Source: Microbotryum violaceum
Lineage: Eukaryota
Assembly: GCA_001244265.2 (NCBI GenBank)
Contig: CDLV01000005.1
Coordinates: 1,178,001-1,242,000, forward strand
Length of the DNA: 64,000 nt
Direction: 5' to 3'
In this document: piece by piece, positions 62,151 through 64,000 of the stretch
Layout: every line of letters begins with the position of its first letter
Numbering within the stretch: position 1 is the stretch's first letter
Notes under the pieces: model-generated
The model's input: the letters and a program-made list of their open reading frames with translations, nothing else
The model's database searches: none
Told to the model about the DNA's origin: nothing
Translations under genes and position numbers: made by a program

Positions 62151-64000
62151 ATGCTCGCTGCACCACCCTCGATGTCCCCTTCGCAGCCAGTGGATGCGCA
62201 CACTTTCCCGTCGACGATGCGACCGCAACCACCCCTTAAGCGCGCACACACCACCACGACCCCAACCGAGCAAACCACTACCACCCCTTCACCTCCCACC
62301 AAACGTCCCAAACTCGCCACCTCATCCTCAGCAACAGCGAACCCGCTCGAGCTCAAGCCCCTAGGCAATCTCATATTCCGGCCCTCGGCACACCTGACTC
62401 GTACACAAGGCTTGGGCATACTTTCGATCCTCCCTGACGAGTTGTTGTTGAGCCATATCTTTTCTGCGCTTGATGGGGAAGATTTGGTCCGGGCACAGGG
62501 GGTTAGTAAAGCTTTTTTTGGGTGGACGAGAGTGGAAGGAATTTGGAAGGGGTTGTATATTGAGGTCAGTTGGGGCAGCAAAGAGGTTGCGAGCTCAAGG
62601 GCAAGACCGCTCACTTGATTTCTCACACCACAGAGAACACGAGGTCGGCTCCACCGCTGGCGTGGATCCTGGCGGGCGTCCTACGTACGGACCTTCCTTC
62701 TTCCTCCGAGCGAATCCTCCGACGGGGATGAACCCCTCCCCACCTCCCTCATCACGACCCCTTCCCATCATTCGGATGTTCTCTTCCAGCCCTGCCTTTG
62801 CGCCGCTTTCGACCCCTGTCGTCTCTTCCGATCCAACAATTTCGTCTCAAACATCCCTCGCATCTCGGGAAAGAACCTCTTACCTTCCGACCTTCCTCAA
62901 GAACCTTGCATCCTCACAGATCTGATGACCACTTGGTCCGCGATCGACCCTACCTCCACTCATCAATGGACCTTACCCCGTTTAGCCTCACGGTTCCCCA
63001 ACACTCTCTTTCGAGCCGAAGCGACCCTCACGACCCTCCCTTCTTATGAAACCTACCATGACCGCTGCGAACTGGACGAAAGTCCTCTCTACCTCTTTGA
63101 TTCCGAATACGTCAACAAGACTCAATCCCTGGATGCGGAAGGGAAGGATTTAGGTCTAGGAGGGGATTATGAAGTACCCCTTTGTTTTGGGGAGGATCTG
63201 TTCGGGGTGATGGAGGGGGAAAGACCAGATTATAGGTGGTTGATCGTGGGACCGACGAGGTCCGGTTCGGTAAGTGGGAGCCGGGCTCAAGGTTCGGACT
63301 CCTTGAGGCTGACCTTCTCGTTCCTTTTCCCCAAGACATGGCATCAAGACCCTAATGGTACCTCGGCCTGGAACGCCATCACCACCGGTTCCAAAGCTTG
63401 GATCATGTTCCCTCCTTCCCTTACGCCTCCCGGAGTTCATGTTTCGGAAGATCAAGGACAAGTGGAAGCGCCTTTGGCGTTGTCCGAATGGTTCATGAGT
63501 TATTGGGATTATGCGGTGGGGACTTATGGACCGCAGGGGAAGGATGCGGCGCTGAGGGATAAGATGAAGGTCGGGATTTGTAGAGAGGGGGAAGTGTTCT
63601 ATGTGCCTAGTGGGTGGTGGCATAGTGAGTTCCATCCCATTCCCAACGGTTCGGCCCAATGAAACTGATGAGAACCGGAATAATACTCCTTTTTGAAGTC
63701 GTCGTCAACCTCGAACCCTCCATCGCGGTCACGCAAAATTACGTCTCGCAATGCGAACTCGCTTCCGTTCTGCGCTTCATGCGCGATAGACCCGACCAAG
63801 TCTCGGGCTTCAAACGACCGCGAACCGAGCAAGATCAGACTCGAGAACTTGTTCAAAAAGAAGATTGCGATGAGCTTGTTTCGGATGTCTTCGAATTGTT
63901 CGTGCAGGGGTTGAAGAAGGAACATGGGGAGATGGTCGAGAAGGCTTTGGAGGAGATTGGAGGGATGAAGAAAGCGGTCTCGTCGGTCTCGGGGAGAAAA
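62151..64000 (+). CDS. F-box plus JmjC-domain protein (JMJD6-like), 3' end beyond the window
   Basis: 'LELKPLGN', F-box 'LSILPDELLLSHIF', and JmjC 'DESPLYLFD', 'RPDYRWLIVGPTRSGS|TWHQDPNGTSAWNA', 'GEVFYVPSGWWH' and 'IAVTQNYV'. Confidence 0.92.

Overview
This is intron-rich eukaryotic DNA (GT-AG introns, CTRAC/CTRAY branch sites, many micro-exons) from a basidiomycete fungus. A Pucciniomycotina/Microbotryomycetes yeast is my inference from gene content and style. I rebuilt the spliced gene models by hand, because the ORF track fragments nearly all of them. About 26 protein-coding genes are supported: PC4/Sub1, RPL35, complex I 24-kDa subunit, two tandem MARVEL-like paralogues, a divergent TPT/NST-like transporter, STE11, HRD1, AMMECR1, 1-Cys peroxiredoxin, AcpS-type PPTase, a Zn2Cys6 factor, an RCR-like membrane protein, proteasome alpha5, a small basic orphan, a PriA/CPL1-like secreted protein, a NAT8-like GNAT, RRP8, a Ser/Pro-rich hypothetical, BEM1, a Wsc/Mid2-type sensor, OPY2, a mitochondrial J-protein, SOF1, GPN3 and an F-box/JmjC protein that runs off the window end. 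Mobile DNA comprises two copies of one ~270-bp MITE (38-bp TIRs, perfect 8-bp TSDs) and a decayed Helitron RepHel region. The most notable observations are the MITE family, a GPN3 start codon that appears to exist only after splicing (A|TG through a 6-nt micro-exon), and clustering of MAPK/polarity genes (BEM1, sensor and OPY2 adjacent, STE11 about 31 kb away). I found no tRNA, rRNA, CRISPR array, pheromone, receptor or homeodomain gene. I cannot claim a wholly new system from the sequence alone.
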